From Escherichia phage L14: a stretch of 64,000 bases of DNA. Shown here one piece after another: positions 53,619-63,587 of the stretch (the first letter of the stretch is position 1; each line of letters begins with the position of its first letter). The notes beneath the pieces are model-generated. The model was not told the DNA's origin. It saw only the letters and a program-made list of their open reading frames with translations, and searched no databases. The DNA lies in sequence record OQ992558.1; one strand, written 5' to 3'. The position numbers were made by a program, and so were the translations under genes.

Positions 53619-54302
53619 TTATCGTTTTGTTGGAAGAGATAGAGGATCGCATTCTTCCTCTGACGGAGCATCTTCAAGACCCATAGCATATCGCAAAGCA
53701 TACTTCATCATCAGGATGTCTTTAGCGCAGTCATGAATAGAATCATGTGCAACGAATCCATCTAAAGTTCCTTTTGGAAGAGGACACGTGGTCATATCAC
53801 GAACAAGCAGAAGTGCTTCAATTCTAGTACGAATATCACGCTGATTCCAGAATTTACATGGTTCTAACTTAAATGTGTCAAGCTCATTCTCAGAAACGCC
53901 ATTAAGACGTTGAATATCACGAATGAGATCGACTAAAATTGGAAAATCAAACGACATTCCACGGCACCAACCCTGAGATTTCCAGGGATCGATATTATGC
54001 GCATTGATATAATCATTAAATTTTGCAATACCATCAATGGTGCTTACATCTTCATCTGATGGTGCAATATTTTTTCGAGCTTCAGGAGACTGATTTTTCC
54101 ACCATTCGATAGTGCTTTTAGTAAAAAGACGGTGTCCTTTTTGGCTTTTTAAATCAAATTTGATTTTAATGCCACGTGAAACTAATTCATCAAATGTTTC
54201 AACTACTTCTGGATTAGGGTCAAAGGCAATAACAGCCAAATCAATAACAGCTGCCTTTTCACCGCTTCCCATTGTTTCAAAATCTATAATAAAATCAAAC
54301 AT
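53619..54302 (-). CDS. dexA: exonuclease A (DEDD 3-prime to 5-prime exonuclease)
   Basis: 227 aa; N-terminal FIIDFET exonuclease motif. Confidence 0.85.
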   Translation of the reverse strand: MFDFIIDFETMGSGEKAAVIDLAVIAFDPNPEVVETFDELVSRGIKIKFDLKSQKGHRLFTKSTIEWWKNQSPEARKNIAPSDEDVSTIDGIAKFNDYINAHNIDPWKSQGWCRGMSFDFPILVDLIRDIQRLNGVSENELDTFKLEPCKFWNQRDIRTRIEALLLVRDMTTCPLPKGTLDGFVAHDSIHDCAKDILMMKYALRYAMGLEDAPSEEECDPLSLPTKR

Positions 54303-54577
54303 TAAATTTTCCTTGCTAAATCGCGAATTTGACCTACAGTATAATCTTGAATATAAACTTTATTAATAGGCTCATCAATAAATTTTGCCATAGATTCAAT
54401 ATCTTTTTGTATCTCTTCAAGACTGTATACTATCTTTAAAGCTTTTTCGCGAATAGTAACATTATCAGGTCCTGGATTTTCTTGAATGACAGCTTTAACA
54501 TTTGTCATAAGAGATTTAAACTGATGCAAACTTAATTCAATCATTAATAACCGCCTTATAAAGATGGCTAATTTCAC
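54302..54577 (-). CDS. hypothetical protein (91 aa)
   Basis: coding-strand ORF. Confidence 0.5.
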   Translation of the reverse strand: MKLAIFIRRLLMIELSLHQFKSLMTNVKAVIQENPGPDNVTIREKALKIVYSLEEIQKDIESMAKFIDEPINKVYIQDYTVGQIRDLARKI

Positions 54578-54797
54578 CTAAAACATAATCACTGATTGTA
54601 ACAGTTTTCACTTCACCGCAAAAGAATTCTAATGCAATCAAATCTCGTTCAATTTCTTCCAATTGAAGCATTAACTTGCCTGATTCAATTTTCACGTTTT
54701 TGCGATTTTTACTATAAGCTATTTCATAAATTTCGCTCACTTTATCTTGAAGCAGATAAAACTGGTCTTTAGTTATTTCCACGAATAGCTTCCTCAA
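54537..54797 (-). CDS. hypothetical protein (86 aa)
   Basis: coding-strand ORF. Confidence 0.5.
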   Translation of the reverse strand: MRKLFVEITKDQFYLLQDKVSEIYEIAYSKNRKNVKIESGKLMLQLEEIERDLIALEFFCGEVKTVTISDYVLGEISHLYKAVIND

Positions 54798-55029
54798 ATT
54801 TAATCAGCAGCTTACAGACACTTTCATCTAATGTAATTACCGTGTCTGTATTACTATGATATGATTGTTTTTCAATTCGTTTAATTGCTAGTATAGTATC
54901 ACTTATAAGATTAAGTTTATAAAGGAGCTCAGCTCCTGTTACCATAACACTGAGGTTATCTTGCTTATCAGTATGCTTCTTTATACCATCTATTAGACGA
55001 TTTAAATATTTTGAATTGATGTTAATCAT
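54769..55029 (-). CDS. hypothetical protein (86 aa)
   Basis: coding-strand ORF. Confidence 0.5.
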   Translation of the reverse strand: MININSKYLNRLIDGIKKHTDKQDNLSVMVTGAELLYKLNLISDTILAIKRIEKQSYHSNTDTVITLDESVCKLLIKFEEAIRGNN

Positions 55030-55035
55030 ATATCC

Positions 55036-56355
55036 TCACACATAAAACACATCATAACGACCACGAGTAACACCAACATAAAGAAGCTGCTGAGCTAGTT
55101 CAGCATCTGCATAATGAATACAAGGCGTATAGATGAAAGCACGGTCTACAGACATACCCTGCGCTTTATGGAACGTTGATGCAGGAAGTGCTTTCACTTT
55201 ACTAAACTGTGATTTAGCATCCCAAAAATCACTCCATGGAGCTTTTCCACCTTTATTCCAATTTTTATAAGTTTCTGCCGTTTTACCTAAAAATAGGTTA
55301 AACTTATATAGCTCTTCATCAGATGAAATTATTTTAATCTTTTCACGATAATATTCATCATCGCCGTAAGTTTCTACTGTTAAATCCCAATGACGAATTA
55401 AGTATTCTCCAGGAACACCACGAGCTTTAACAAACGTCGATGTATACTCTGCTTCTATAATACGAACTAATTGTCCGTTATTAAAAATAATTTCTGACAC
55501 AGGCTTTCCATCAATTTTATATGTTTTAATTAATGGTTCCTGCATTACAATAATTTCACCGACAATAAAATCTTTATCAGTTTCAAAAATCTTTTTACGA
55601 ATAATGCTATTTAACTTGTCAACAGATTTATTTGTAAATGCCATTACGCGATTTTCAAACAAATCGTCTAGTGATTTTACGATTGAAAAATAATTTACCA
55701 TAAAATCGCGTAAAGCGGTATCACCAGTAAATCCACGTACTCCATGGCCGTCAACAACTTTATCATAAATCCACTTACCGTTGCGAACATCAGTAGCTAC
55801 ATCAATAATAGGAGCATTACTGCGTTTAACTTCAGTGAGTTCACGCTGATAAAAATCTTTGTGTGTAAAGAATGGACTGATATAAGCAGTATTTTCTCCT
55901 GGATCAACAGGTCTAATTTGCTTATTATCACCTATTCCAATTATAGTACACCAAGGTGGAATAGTTGAAAGCAGAATTTTAAATAGCTTTCTATCATACA
56001 TTGACACTTCGTCGCAGATTAATACCCTGCATTTAGCTAAATCTGGTACTTCCTTCTGTTCAAAAAGAACGTTTTCTTCATACGTAACTGGGTTAATTTT
56101 AAGAATACTGTGAATAGTACTCGCTTCTTTCCCTGATAGTTTTGAAAGAATCTTTTTAGCTGCATGTGTAGGAGCTGCCAAAATGATACCAGTTTCGCCC
56201 GTAGATATTAAAGCTTCAATGATGAACTTAGTAAGAGTAGTCTTACCAGTACCAGCAGGTCCATTAATAGTTACATGATGTTTCTTTTCTTTAATAGCCC
56301 TCATAACGATGTTAAAGGCATTTTTCTGGCCTTCAGTCAAATCATCAAATGTCAT
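55036..56355 (-). CDS. dda: Dda DNA helicase (SF1B)
   Basis: 439 aa; Walker A GPAGTGKT; recognised as T4 Dda. Confidence 0.93.
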   Translation of the reverse strand: MTFDDLTEGQKNAFNIVMRAIKEKKHHVTINGPAGTGKTTLTKFIIEALISTGETGIILAAPTHAAKKILSKLSGKEASTIHSILKINPVTYEENVLFEQKEVPDLAKCRVLICDEVSMYDRKLFKILLSTIPPWCTIIGIGDNKQIRPVDPGENTAYISPFFTHKDFYQRELTEVKRSNAPIIDVATDVRNGKWIYDKVVDGHGVRGFTGDTALRDFMVNYFSIVKSLDDLFENRVMAFTNKSVDKLNSIIRKKIFETDKDFIVGEIIVMQEPLIKTYKIDGKPVSEIIFNNGQLVRIIEAEYTSTFVKARGVPGEYLIRHWDLTVETYGDDEYYREKIKIISSDEELYKFNLFLGKTAETYKNWNKGGKAPWSDFWDAKSQFSKVKALPASTFHKAQGMSVDRAFIYTPCIHYADAELAQQLLYVGVTRGRYDVFYV

Positions 56356-56663
56356 CGTAAATTCCCTGCAATTGGTATACTAACAATACGCCCAGTATCT
56401 AAAATTCGCTGATATAATCTTTGCGTGTCTACGTCAGGCTTAACATGTTTAACTTCTATTTTATTAAACCAAAATTTACGTGGAGTCTCAACTAATCTTG
56501 GAATTCCTTTACCTAAAGCTAGTCGATACTGTTCTTTAAGAGTGGTAAATACTTTATCAGCAATCTTCCATTCAAAAAATACAGCAGGACGATGTTCATC
56601 AAGTGGAACTGGCGCCGTAAATCCGTCTTTGTCTCGGTAAACTATCGCATATACATAAACCAT
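56352..56663 (-). CDS. hypothetical protein (103 aa, dda.1 position)
   Basis: coding-strand ORF. Confidence 0.55.
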   Translation of the reverse strand: MVYVYAIVYRDKDGFTAPVPLDEHRPAVFFEWKIADKVFTTLKEQYRLALGKGIPRLVETPRKFWFNKIEVKHVKPDVDTQRLYQRILDTGRIVSIPIAGNLR

Positions 56664-56664
56664 A

Positions 56665-57411
56665 TTATCCTCGGATAAGTTTAAAAATTGAACAATTTAG
56701 CGGGTATCCTCTTTTCAGTTTAAGTTTATCAATAAAAGACAAGTTTTGATACCGCTCTACACCTTGAATAATTTTATCACACATATCATATTGCATTTCT
56801 GCTTCTGACAACTTTTTCACAGTTTTCCAATCCGAGCCTTTAAGAAGAACGTTCAATTTAACAACTTCAGCGCCTTCTGCTATACGAGAACCATCAATAC
56901 GAGCTTTAAGTGCTATAATTCTTAGCTTAATGTCAGAGGTCTGTTTTGATTTAGAAAGCTGAGAAATGTGTTCAATTCGGTTTTCACGTTTTTTCTGTAT
57001 AGCTTTAATTTGATTATAGGTCTTTTTGATTTTAGCCCATTTCTTTTCATCTAAATTTAGTTTATGAACTTTTTTCGCAGATGAACGACCAATTCGCAAA
57101 GCAAATAAATCACGCTTTTCAATCAACTCTTCTAAAGTATAATCAGAACGAAATGTATTATACTTTTTCTTTACTGCAATAACATTCCCTTTAATGTATC
57201 CAACGTTATTATCAAAACGTTCTAATGATAATTTCTCTCCTTCAATACGATTATCAAAAGGTTCTCCTGAGTAAGCGCAAACTTTCTGATCTAAAATATT
57301 CTTAATATAATTGAAGTCTAAGTTAAAATCTTTAGAACGTCTTTTTGCAGATGCCTGAGTATGCTCTAGACGACGTTTAATTTTACGAATTTGGTTATTA
57401 GATAGCTTCAT
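56665..57411 (-). CDS. putative Srd-like protein (248 aa)
   Basis: size and position between dda and modA match T4 srd; sequence identity not verified. Confidence 0.55.
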   Translation of the reverse strand: MKLSNNQIRKIKRRLEHTQASAKRRSKDFNLDFNYIKNILDQKVCAYSGEPFDNRIEGEKLSLERFDNNVGYIKGNVIAVKKKYNTFRSDYTLEELIEKRDLFALRIGRSSAKKVHKLNLDEKKWAKIKKTYNQIKAIQKKRENRIEHISQLSKSKQTSDIKLRIIALKARIDGSRIAEGAEVVKLNVLLKGSDWKTVKKLSEAEMQYDMCDKIIQGVERYQNLSFIDKLKLKRGYPLNCSIFKLIRG

Positions 57412-57447
57412 ATTTTTCTCACATCTTACGGACGGTTAACTACTTAT

Positions 57448-57477
57448 ACTATAACATTTTTACTTCAGCTTGTAAAC
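57448..57477 (-). promoter_or_regulatory. T4-type early promoter
   Basis: minus strand GTTTAC-18nt-TATAGT. Confidence 0.5.
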
Positions 57478-57534
57478 AACTTTATGTAAAAATGCTTTAA
57501 AACTTTCATGGTATAATGAATCTAAGTCCTTCCA

Positions 57535-58137
57535 TTATAGATTAAATCCTTCAAAATCAAGAGTATAGATAGTGTATGTTGAATACTTTTTGTACTCATA
57601 TCTATCTGCAATTCTAAATACACTTCCAGCTGGTATCATTACTTCTTGTTCATCTGAAACTAATTCCATATTACGATAACGATGGCTATCTGGAAACTTA
57701 AAACTTGGACTATATTCTTTACAACGTAGAGCTTTTATAGCATACTCCTGGAAATTAAATACCATAGGAGCTTTGAATTCAAAAATAACTTGTGTGTTAT
57801 ACTCTAAACCGGAAGCAAAATGTAGAGCTATATTTTTATCATATGAAGCTGATACTACTTTATCAAATGTAATAATATCAATTCCTTGATTTAATACTTG
57901 CTTAGTCTCAGCTGGAACACCTCTCCAAAGAGGTTTATCGTTTGGTTCCAAACGAGATTTGATTATTTCATTTAACCAAGTATGGTCATCTGGTTTATTA
58001 GTAATACAATGAATTAAAAGTTCAATTTCAGATAAATTAAACCCTTCAGAAAGTAATTCTTCACGAATAGAAGCACGCACCGATGCATCCATTGATTTTA
58101 TTTTAAAATCTTTTAGTTGCATTACTGAGTATTTCAT
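57535..58137 (-). CDS. modA: ADP-ribosyltransferase ModA
   Basis: 200 aa; R-S-ExE pattern (LWRG, SAS, EQEVMIP). Confidence 0.8.
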   Translation of the reverse strand: MKYSVMQLKDFKIKSMDASVRASIREELLSEGFNLSEIELLIHCITNKPDDHTWLNEIIKSRLEPNDKPLWRGVPAETKQVLNQGIDIITFDKVVSASYDKNIALHFASGLEYNTQVIFEFKAPMVFNFQEYAIKALRCKEYSPSFKFPDSHRYRNMELVSDEQEVMIPAGSVFRIADRYEYKKYSTYTIYTLDFEGFNL

Positions 58138-58757
58138 TCAACTACCTCAATATCATAAACTTTAAATGTTCCAAATGAATCGTGTAATTTTTCTTTTGAA
58201 ATAGAAGTTATTCTATACTTTCCAATTGGAATCATCCATTCTTGTTCACGCACAATCATCATTAAGTTATCAGTACGCTCTGAATCTAGCCCATCAGTAT
58301 CTTCATACGTGTACTTAAACTCAGTATTAGGAGAAGAAAGTATAATATCGCTGATATGGTCAGAATAATTAAAAGCTTTATCAGTTTTTAAGCGAAATAT
58401 TATTTCAGTGAAATACTCAACATAAGAAAAACCACATGCTGTGTGCAAACTAGTAGTAAATGAATCTACCCTATTCGTTGAAAACACTTCTCCAACTTGT
58501 AAATCTTTAATGAGTTCTTTTGTCGATTTTGATATACCACGATATAACTGATAAGGTGATTTAGTTAAATGCTTTTTAACGATTTTATTCAACTGCCGAT
58601 GAAGAGCTTCATTCTTTTTAGCTTCCATACATTGCCAAAGAACTGACTGCTCAAAGTCAGTAAATTTTTCACAGACCTTTTTATACATATCATATTGAAA
58701 ATCAACGCTTTCAGCTTTTATAGATAACTGTTCAACATCTGCAAGATTAATAATCAT
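58134..58757 (-). CDS. modB: ADP-ribosyltransferase ModB
   Basis: 207 aa; paralog of ModA with LYRG ... EQEWMIP; GGAGG RBS. Confidence 0.8.
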   Translation of the reverse strand: MIINLADVEQLSIKAESVDFQYDMYKKVCEKFTDFEQSVLWQCMEAKKNEALHRQLNKIVKKHLTKSPYQLYRGISKSTKELIKDLQVGEVFSTNRVDSFTTSLHTACGFSYVEYFTEIIFRLKTDKAFNYSDHISDIILSSPNTEFKYTYEDTDGLDSERTDNLMMIVREQEWMIPIGKYRITSISKEKLHDSFGTFKVYDIEVVE

Positions 58758-58783
58758 GATAGCCTCCGTATACTTCAGAAGCT

Positions 58784-58813
58784 ATCATATCATCGTTAGA
58801 AAGGAAAGTAAAC
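58784..58813 (-). promoter_or_regulatory. T4-type early promoter for modB-modA
   Basis: minus strand GTTTAC-18nt-TATGAT. Confidence 0.5.
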
Positions 58814-58824
58814 AACTTTTTGAA

Positions 58825-59007
58825 TTATTTTGCCCAAGGAGCCCAAGGCGGAGGGTCAAGATGGTATGAAGCTAGTTCTTCTAGAAGAGCATCTGGGGCT
58901 TCAATTCCATAATTCTGTAATACTATACGGTACTCTTTCTTATAATCACTAGAATCATTCTGGATATTCGTAGAATGATTATCTTCTAACATCTCAAATA
59001 AATCCAT
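58825..59007 (-). CDS. hypothetical protein (60 aa)
   Basis: coding-strand ORF. Confidence 0.45.
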   Translation of the reverse strand: MDLFEMLEDNHSTNIQNDSSDYKKEYRIVLQNYGIEAPDALLEELASYHLDPPPWAPWAK

Positions 59008-59015
59008 ACTAATTC

Positions 59016-59486
59016 CTAGCGATAAAAACCAAATTGACGATTAGCTTCAATAATCTTTCTTTCTTCTTCGGACATTCTCCAGCGTAGTCCAACATCAAAA
59101 TGAGCCCAGACCATCTTAACAAATGCATTTATATCTTTAATATCTTCAATAATGAATGATTTACTTTTAGAAGGTTGACTCGCTAATTTAACTTTATCGT
59201 CTTCAAACAGGTCAAAAAGACCATATTCATGGGCTCTTTTATAGCCTTTAATAGTTAAAGCTTCAGAAGAAGAAAAAGGTGAATCAGTATTCTGCAAAAT
59301 ATCTTCAGTATGCTTTATAATTAGAATAACATTTTCTGGATATTTTCTTTCTTTTATATCTTTAATTAAAAAATCCGGATTTTCTGCTAAAGGAATAATT
59401 AATGAGCATTTTTTACCAAGAGTATTTACTGATTTACCTTCTTTAGACATGAATTCTACTGAATAATGTTTTGCTACTTCAATCAT
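59016..59486 (-). CDS. hypothetical protein (156 aa)
   Basis: coding-strand ORF. Confidence 0.55.
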   Translation of the reverse strand: MIEVAKHYSVEFMSKEGKSVNTLGKKCSLIIPLAENPDFLIKDIKERKYPENVILIIKHTEDILQNTDSPFSSSEALTIKGYKRAHEYGLFDLFEDDKVKLASQPSKSKSFIIEDIKDINAFVKMVWAHFDVGLRWRMSEEERKIIEANRQFGFYR

Positions 59487-59639
59487 GTGATTTCCTTTTG
59501 CCTACTAATGGACCATCGGGAATTTTGTTTTCCTGGATATATTTCTCATTTTCTTCCATCATTTTACTACCGATTTTAAGAAGCAAATCCATTGCTTCAT
59601 TTGCTTTAGCTTTAGCCTCTTCTAATATCATATCTCTGT

Positions 59640-59843
59640 TCACGATTTATCCCCATAGATGTCTCTCATTAATTTAAGCGCTGAGCGTTCTAATTTCTTT
59701 TCTTTCTCAGCACTAATCATTGATTTCATCCATTCTTCCGATTCGTTCTGCATTTCTTTATTTGCTTGTTCAACCCAACCATCATCAATATACATCGAGT
59801 TTGGTCTATTGAACCATTCAAGCATCTTCTTCAGAGCTTTCAT
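59640..59843 (-). CDS. hypothetical protein (67 aa)
   Basis: coding-strand ORF. Confidence 0.45.
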   Translation of the reverse strand: MKALKKMLEWFNRPNSMYIDDGWVEQANKEMQNESEEWMKSMISAEKEKKLERSALKLMRDIYGDKS

Positions 59844-60315
59844 TTGTTTTACCTAAAACAACAGTAGGAGCATCATCAAATTCATGAATTTTGAGCAAAT
59901 TTGGATGTAAACTATTCCATACAGAAGAAATAAAGTATGATAAAGCATCTTCACTCGCAATTATAAATTTATTTCCTTTATCTATTTTCCAACTATATAC
60001 TGAATCGTACGAATAAAAAGATAAAGGTTTATTATTATATTGTTCTGCGCTAACATTAATGTATTCTGATTTAGTAAATGCTTCAATTGCTCTAAACGGA
60101 ATATTTGGTACAGTTTCAATAATACCAATCTTTTTAAGTTTTATTTCAGCATCTTCTGGAACTGGCATTGAAACGAAATTTTCTACGAGATACATTGGGT
60201 CACAATAACCCTTATCAATCATTACTGCTACGGTAATTGGAACGTCTTTAGCAAACGACATACTATTACTGCTAATATACATTTCAAACAAAATCGCTTC
60301 CATAATTTTCCTCAA
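59818..60315 (-). CDS. hypothetical protein (165 aa)
   Basis: coding-strand ORF. Confidence 0.5.
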   Translation of the reverse strand: MRKIMEAILFEMYISSNSMSFAKDVPITVAVMIDKGYCDPMYLVENFVSMPVPEDAEIKLKKIGIIETVPNIPFRAIEAFTKSEYINVSAEQYNNKPLSFYSYDSVYSWKIDKGNKFIIASEDALSYFISSVWNSLHPNLLKIHEFDDAPTVVLGKTNESSEEDA

Positions 60316-60653
60316 TCACAAGATGTAGATGAACAACTAGAATCACAAGAACTTCCACATGAATCGCCTTCCCATACATGAACAGGAACATTAGTATCAT
60401 ATGAATCAGAACTAGACTGTGTATTCTGCGTATTAGATGATGTAGTAGGTGTTGACCAGCGCCAAGGATTTTTATAATATTCTTGGGCTTCTTCATAAGT
60501 CATAGTAACTGCTTCTACTGTTCCATCTCCCATATAAACATACTCAACTACAGTTAAAGGAAGGTAGTCATTTGAAATAGGAACTACACCTTCTCCGGGA
60601 GTTGTAGAGAAAAAATCCGTAAAGAAACTTTTAAACCAATTAAAGATAAACAT
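60312..60653 (-). CDS. hypothetical protein (113 aa) with Cys/Ser-rich C-terminus
   Basis: C-terminal ...[19 protein letters not shown]. Confidence 0.5.
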   Translation of the reverse strand: MFIFNWFKSFFTDFFSTTPGEGVVPISNDYLPLTVVEYVYMGDGTVEAVTMTYEEAQEYYKNPWRWSTPTTSSNTQNTQSSSDSYDTNVPVHVWEGDSCGSSCDSSCSSTSCD

Positions 60654-60859
60654 TACAAAAAGCCTCTTTTGAATTCAACTTGCTTCTCGCCATAATCATA
60701 TCGAATCTCTGCATTAAATTCAACAGAACCATCTGCGTACATCATAAATGAATGCACAACAACTTCTGTAGACCATGGCTGTAGTTCATATTTCTTCATT
60801 ACATGCCGTGAAATGATAATATCTAAATCTTCATTTGGTTTAATCCAGCGATTTAACAT
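60653..60859 (-). CDS. hypothetical protein (68 aa)
   Basis: coding-strand ORF with GGAG RBS and early promoter upstream. Confidence 0.5.
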   Translation of the reverse strand: MLNRWIKPNEDLDIIISRHVMKKYELQPWSTEVVVHSFMMYADGSVEFNAEIRYDYGEKQVEFKRGFL

Positions 60860-60885
60860 AGTGCTCTCCTCTATAAGATAATTCT

Positions 60886-60915
60886 ATTATACCATACTCA
60901 TTTTGGAAAGTAAAC
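60886..60915 (-). promoter_or_regulatory. T4-type early promoter
   Basis: minus strand GTTTAC-18nt-GGTATAAT. Confidence 0.5.
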
Positions 60916-60921
60916 CGGTAA

Positions 60922-60949
60922 AATGAAAAAAGGACTCCCGAAGGAGTCC
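60922..60949 (-). terminator. rho-independent terminator after soc (same GGACUCC-UUCG-GGAGUCC hairpin as at 7.57 kb)
   Basis: stem-loop plus U-run immediately downstream of soc stop. Confidence 0.7.
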
Positions 60950-60957
60950 TTGAATTA

Positions 60958-61194
60958 TTAACCACCTATTTCTGTAGGCGTAAACATTGCAGCATTCTTA
61001 GTTTTCCAAGTTGTTGCATCGGAAACTACATCAGAATAAGCTGCTTTTTCTGACGGAAAGATTTGATAATGAGAATCTGCAATACGGTGTTCATTTGAAT
61101 ATACATCAAATGCTACAGAAACTTCCATACCTTTAACTTCTTTGCCTTCACCTGCTGGATGAGTAAAGGTCTTGATGTTAACGAAACCACCCAT
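60958..61194 (-). CDS. soc: small outer capsid protein
   Basis: 78 aa; shares FVNIKTF ... SVAF ... HYQxFPSEKAAYS with my memory of T4 Soc; late promoter upstream. Confidence 0.85.
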   Translation of the reverse strand: MGGFVNIKTFTHPAGEGKEVKGMEVSVAFDVYSNEHRIADSHYQIFPSEKAAYSDVVSDATTWKTKNAAMFTPTEIGG

Positions 61195-61225
61195 AATAAA
61201 CTCCTTTATTGTTTAATTACAGGTG

Positions 61226-61233
61226 TATTTATA
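61226..61233 (-). promoter_or_regulatory. T4-type late promoter for soc
   Basis: exact TATAAATA on minus strand about 30 nt upstream of soc ATG. Confidence 0.55.
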
Positions 61234-61403
61234 TCAGTCTTCAATGAAAACTTGTGCCAGGAATTCGTGTTCATCTTGAATTTGTTTATATAAAGCCATT
61301 ACAGCATTTATATTAGATCTATCTACTTTAAGTTGATAGGCATACCACTCGTATAAATTAATTAAAGCTTTTTGTCGTCTAATAAATTCTTCTTTGGATA
61401 TTT

Positions 61404-61604
61404 TCATTTTGAATGCTCTATAATTAATTTTAAGGCTTCTTTACTGACAAAAATTTCATCAAGACCTTCTTCTACACCCCAATCAACTACACGAAGCTGA
61501 TTAGATAAGAGCTCGTATGTGAGCTCCTTGTCATAATTTTTAAATAGCTGGTCAATACGTTTCTTGTGGGCTTTCTTAAGCTGGCGTTTATTTAAACGAG
61601 CCAT
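61404..61604 (-). CDS. hypothetical protein (66 aa) between 56 and soc
   Basis: coding-strand ORF. Confidence 0.5.
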   Translation of the reverse strand: MARLNKRQLKKAHKKRIDQLFKNYDKELTYELLSNQLRVVDWGVEEGLDEIFVSKEALKLIIEHSK

Positions 61605-62122
61605 TAATAACCTCGGTCTTGACGAGCGAAGTTTTCAGCATTTTTCAGATAATAAAGTTTAAAGATTTCTTCAGCCGTAAGACCGAGGCCTTGGAACATG
61701 TTCAGAACGAAATGAAGAATATCAATCATTTCGAATTTAATTTCCAACTGGTCTTGTGGAGACAAATCAGTAATCAGAGTTTCACGTCGTTCACCATGTT
61801 GAGCTTTCCAAGGCTTCCATACAGCAGATGCATCTTTTTCACCATTGCTCATACCACCAAGAGAAGTCAATAGTTCGCGGAATTCATCATCAATATAATC
61901 TTTCTGATTACGCAGCCAATCAACAACTTCACCCGCAGTAGCCAAATCATCAGGATGACGGTTATATTCAGGTTTATCTTTAGCTAAACGAACCTGCAGA
62001 GATTTCTGCATATCAAGCATAACTTGCAACGGGTCTTTTTCATCACCGAGAATATCCCAGTATTCATTTTGAGCTTTATCAGCGCCTTCAATCAGTTGTG
62101 AACATTCATTAAAGTATGCCAT
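61604..62122 (-). CDS. 56: dCTP/dCDP pyrophosphatase (MazG-like)
   Basis: 172 aa from ATG at 62122 (MAYFNECSQLIEGADKAQNEYW...); ORF-track N-terminal extension is hydrophobic and probably not translated. Confidence 0.88.
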   Translation of the reverse strand: MAYFNECSQLIEGADKAQNEYWDILGDEKDPLQVMLDMQKSLQVRLAKDKPEYNRHPDDLATAGEVVDWLRNQKDYIDDEFRELLTSLGGMSNGEKDASAVWKPWKAQHGERRETLITDLSPQDQLEIKFEMIDILHFVLNMFQGLGLTAEEIFKLYYLKNAENFARQDRGY

Positions 62123-62193
62123 TATTTTTCCTTTCAATTCATGGGTTAGTAGATTAATTATACAATAAATATATAAAGCAATAAGGAGGACAT

Positions 62194-62394
62194 ATGGTAC
62201 AAAAATTAATGGCACTTGTTAATGCCATCAAAGGTAATAAAAAGCGTATAGCTTTTACTATTTCTGCTATGGTAGGAATTTTACTCTGGAACTTTATTTT
62301 ATCACCAATTGCAATTGCGCATGGTGTTAATATTCCAGTAGTTACTCTTGATACATTCGTAGATCTAGCATTTGCTTTAGTTGGGTTAATTTAA
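62194..62394 (+). CDS. small membrane protein (66 aa) on the opposite strand between 61 and 56
   Basis: strong AGGAGG SD 5 nt before ATG; two predicted TM helices; only convincing plus-strand ORF in a minus-strand block. Confidence 0.4.
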   Translation: MVQKLMALVNAIKGNKKRIAFTISAMVGILLWNFILSPIAIAHGVNIPVVTLDTFVDLAFALVGLI

Positions 62395-63419
62395 ATCTTG
62401 GCATATTTAGATAACCGCATTTTAGCCATTAACCCCTGGGCAATATTATTTTTCATATATTCCATAATTTGTTCAGGGGTTGCACCTTCCTTTCTAATCA
62501 TATCATTAACATCTTTTGATTTCCAGGGAGATTTATCCCAAAACATAACCCTTTCTCCTGCATCAACTAATTTAGTCATTCGCTTGATAGTGTCAGGGTG
62601 ACGAGGTTCATTATCTAAAACCCACACTCGTCTATCTTTAAATGGAACAACTTCTAGGTCTAATTGACCACCCGTAATAGCTATACCATTTTCAATAAAA
62701 AGTGAATCTATAGGTCCTTCTAGAACATATACATCACCATCTTTAACTCGTTCGACTCCATATATTTTTGTTGCCTCAGGATAAGCTTTGATGGTGATAT
62801 ATTTTTGAGGAGCATCTTTCTTTAATGCACGTCCTTGAAAAGACTCAGCTTTTCCGTTAGCATTATAAATTGGAATAACAAGACGAGGCTCAGGTGTTTC
62901 CTTTTTATATGTTCCTGGAGCTATACTATTAACTAATTTAGGCCATTCAGTTGTAAACCAAAGATATTTCCATTTATCCTTTGGAATACAACGAGCTTTT
63001 ACATATTTTATAATTGGATGGTCTTCCGCCAGTTTATCTAATCGAACACATGACGGAAGAGATTTAATTATTTTCTTCTCAGGTTGTTTAGGAAGTTCTT
63101 TAGGTTTTTCTACTGGACGACTTTTACCTTTTTCTTTTCTTATTTCAAAGATATACTCACGATATAAATCAGGTTCAAACTCCTTTAAATATATTCCGAT
63201 TGGCGCATGATAGTTACAGTTATAACAATGAATATTTCCTTCATTATTATCACCATAATACCATCCACGAGCTTTATTCTGGTCGGTTTTTGAATCTCCA
63301 CAAACAGGGCATCTAAACCGCAATTTAAAAGTTGAACTATTATTTACTTGTGTGAATTTAGGTAAATGAGCTAATGCACGATACGCAAACTCATTATCAA
63401 TCCAAGGTATTGATGACAT
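62391..63419 (-). CDS. 61: DNA primase
   Basis: 342 aa; N-terminal zinc ribbon CPVCG ... HCYNC and TOPRIM VLEGPIDSLF. Confidence 0.92.
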   Translation of the reverse strand: MSSIPWIDNEFAYRALAHLPKFTQVNNSSTFKLRFRCPVCGDSKTDQNKARGWYYGDNNEGNIHCYNCNYHAPIGIYLKEFEPDLYREYIFEIRKEKGKSRPVEKPKELPKQPEKKIIKSLPSCVRLDKLAEDHPIIKYVKARCIPKDKWKYLWFTTEWPKLVNSIAPGTYKKETPEPRLVIPIYNANGKAESFQGRALKKDAPQKYITIKAYPEATKIYGVERVKDGDVYVLEGPIDSLFIENGIAITGGQLDLEVVPFKDRRVWVLDNEPRHPDTIKRMTKLVDAGERVMFWDKSPWKSKDVNDMIRKEGATPEQIMEYMKNNIAQGLMAKMRLSKYAKI

Positions 63420-63421
63420 TT

Positions 63422-63586
63422 TTACTCTTCTTTTTCTTTAGATTCCTCTTTTTTCTTTTTAGGAATCTGTTCAGGACCTTTATTTACTACAGCACCTGAC
63501 GTTGTTCCAGTGGAGATATTTTCAGGATTACCACCTGAATCTCCAGCTACCATATCTTCTTTAATAAATTCTTTATATGTTTTCAT
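63422..63586 (-). CDS. small charged protein (54 aa)
   Basis: not in ORF track; ATG with GAGG RBS immediately after stop of the upstream ORF; lysine/glutamate-rich tail. Confidence 0.35.
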   Translation of the reverse strand: MKTYKEFIKEDMVAGDSGGNPENISTGTTSGAVVNKGPEQIPKKKKEESKEKEE

Positions 63587-63587
63587 A

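Noticed and set aside
39660-59856. Plus-strand ORFs inside the second minus-strand block (for example 39944..40246, 41172..41522, 52077..52505, 52348..52746, 55744..55968, 59471..59677)
   Set aside because: Same reasoning: antisense to conserved genes, no translation signals.
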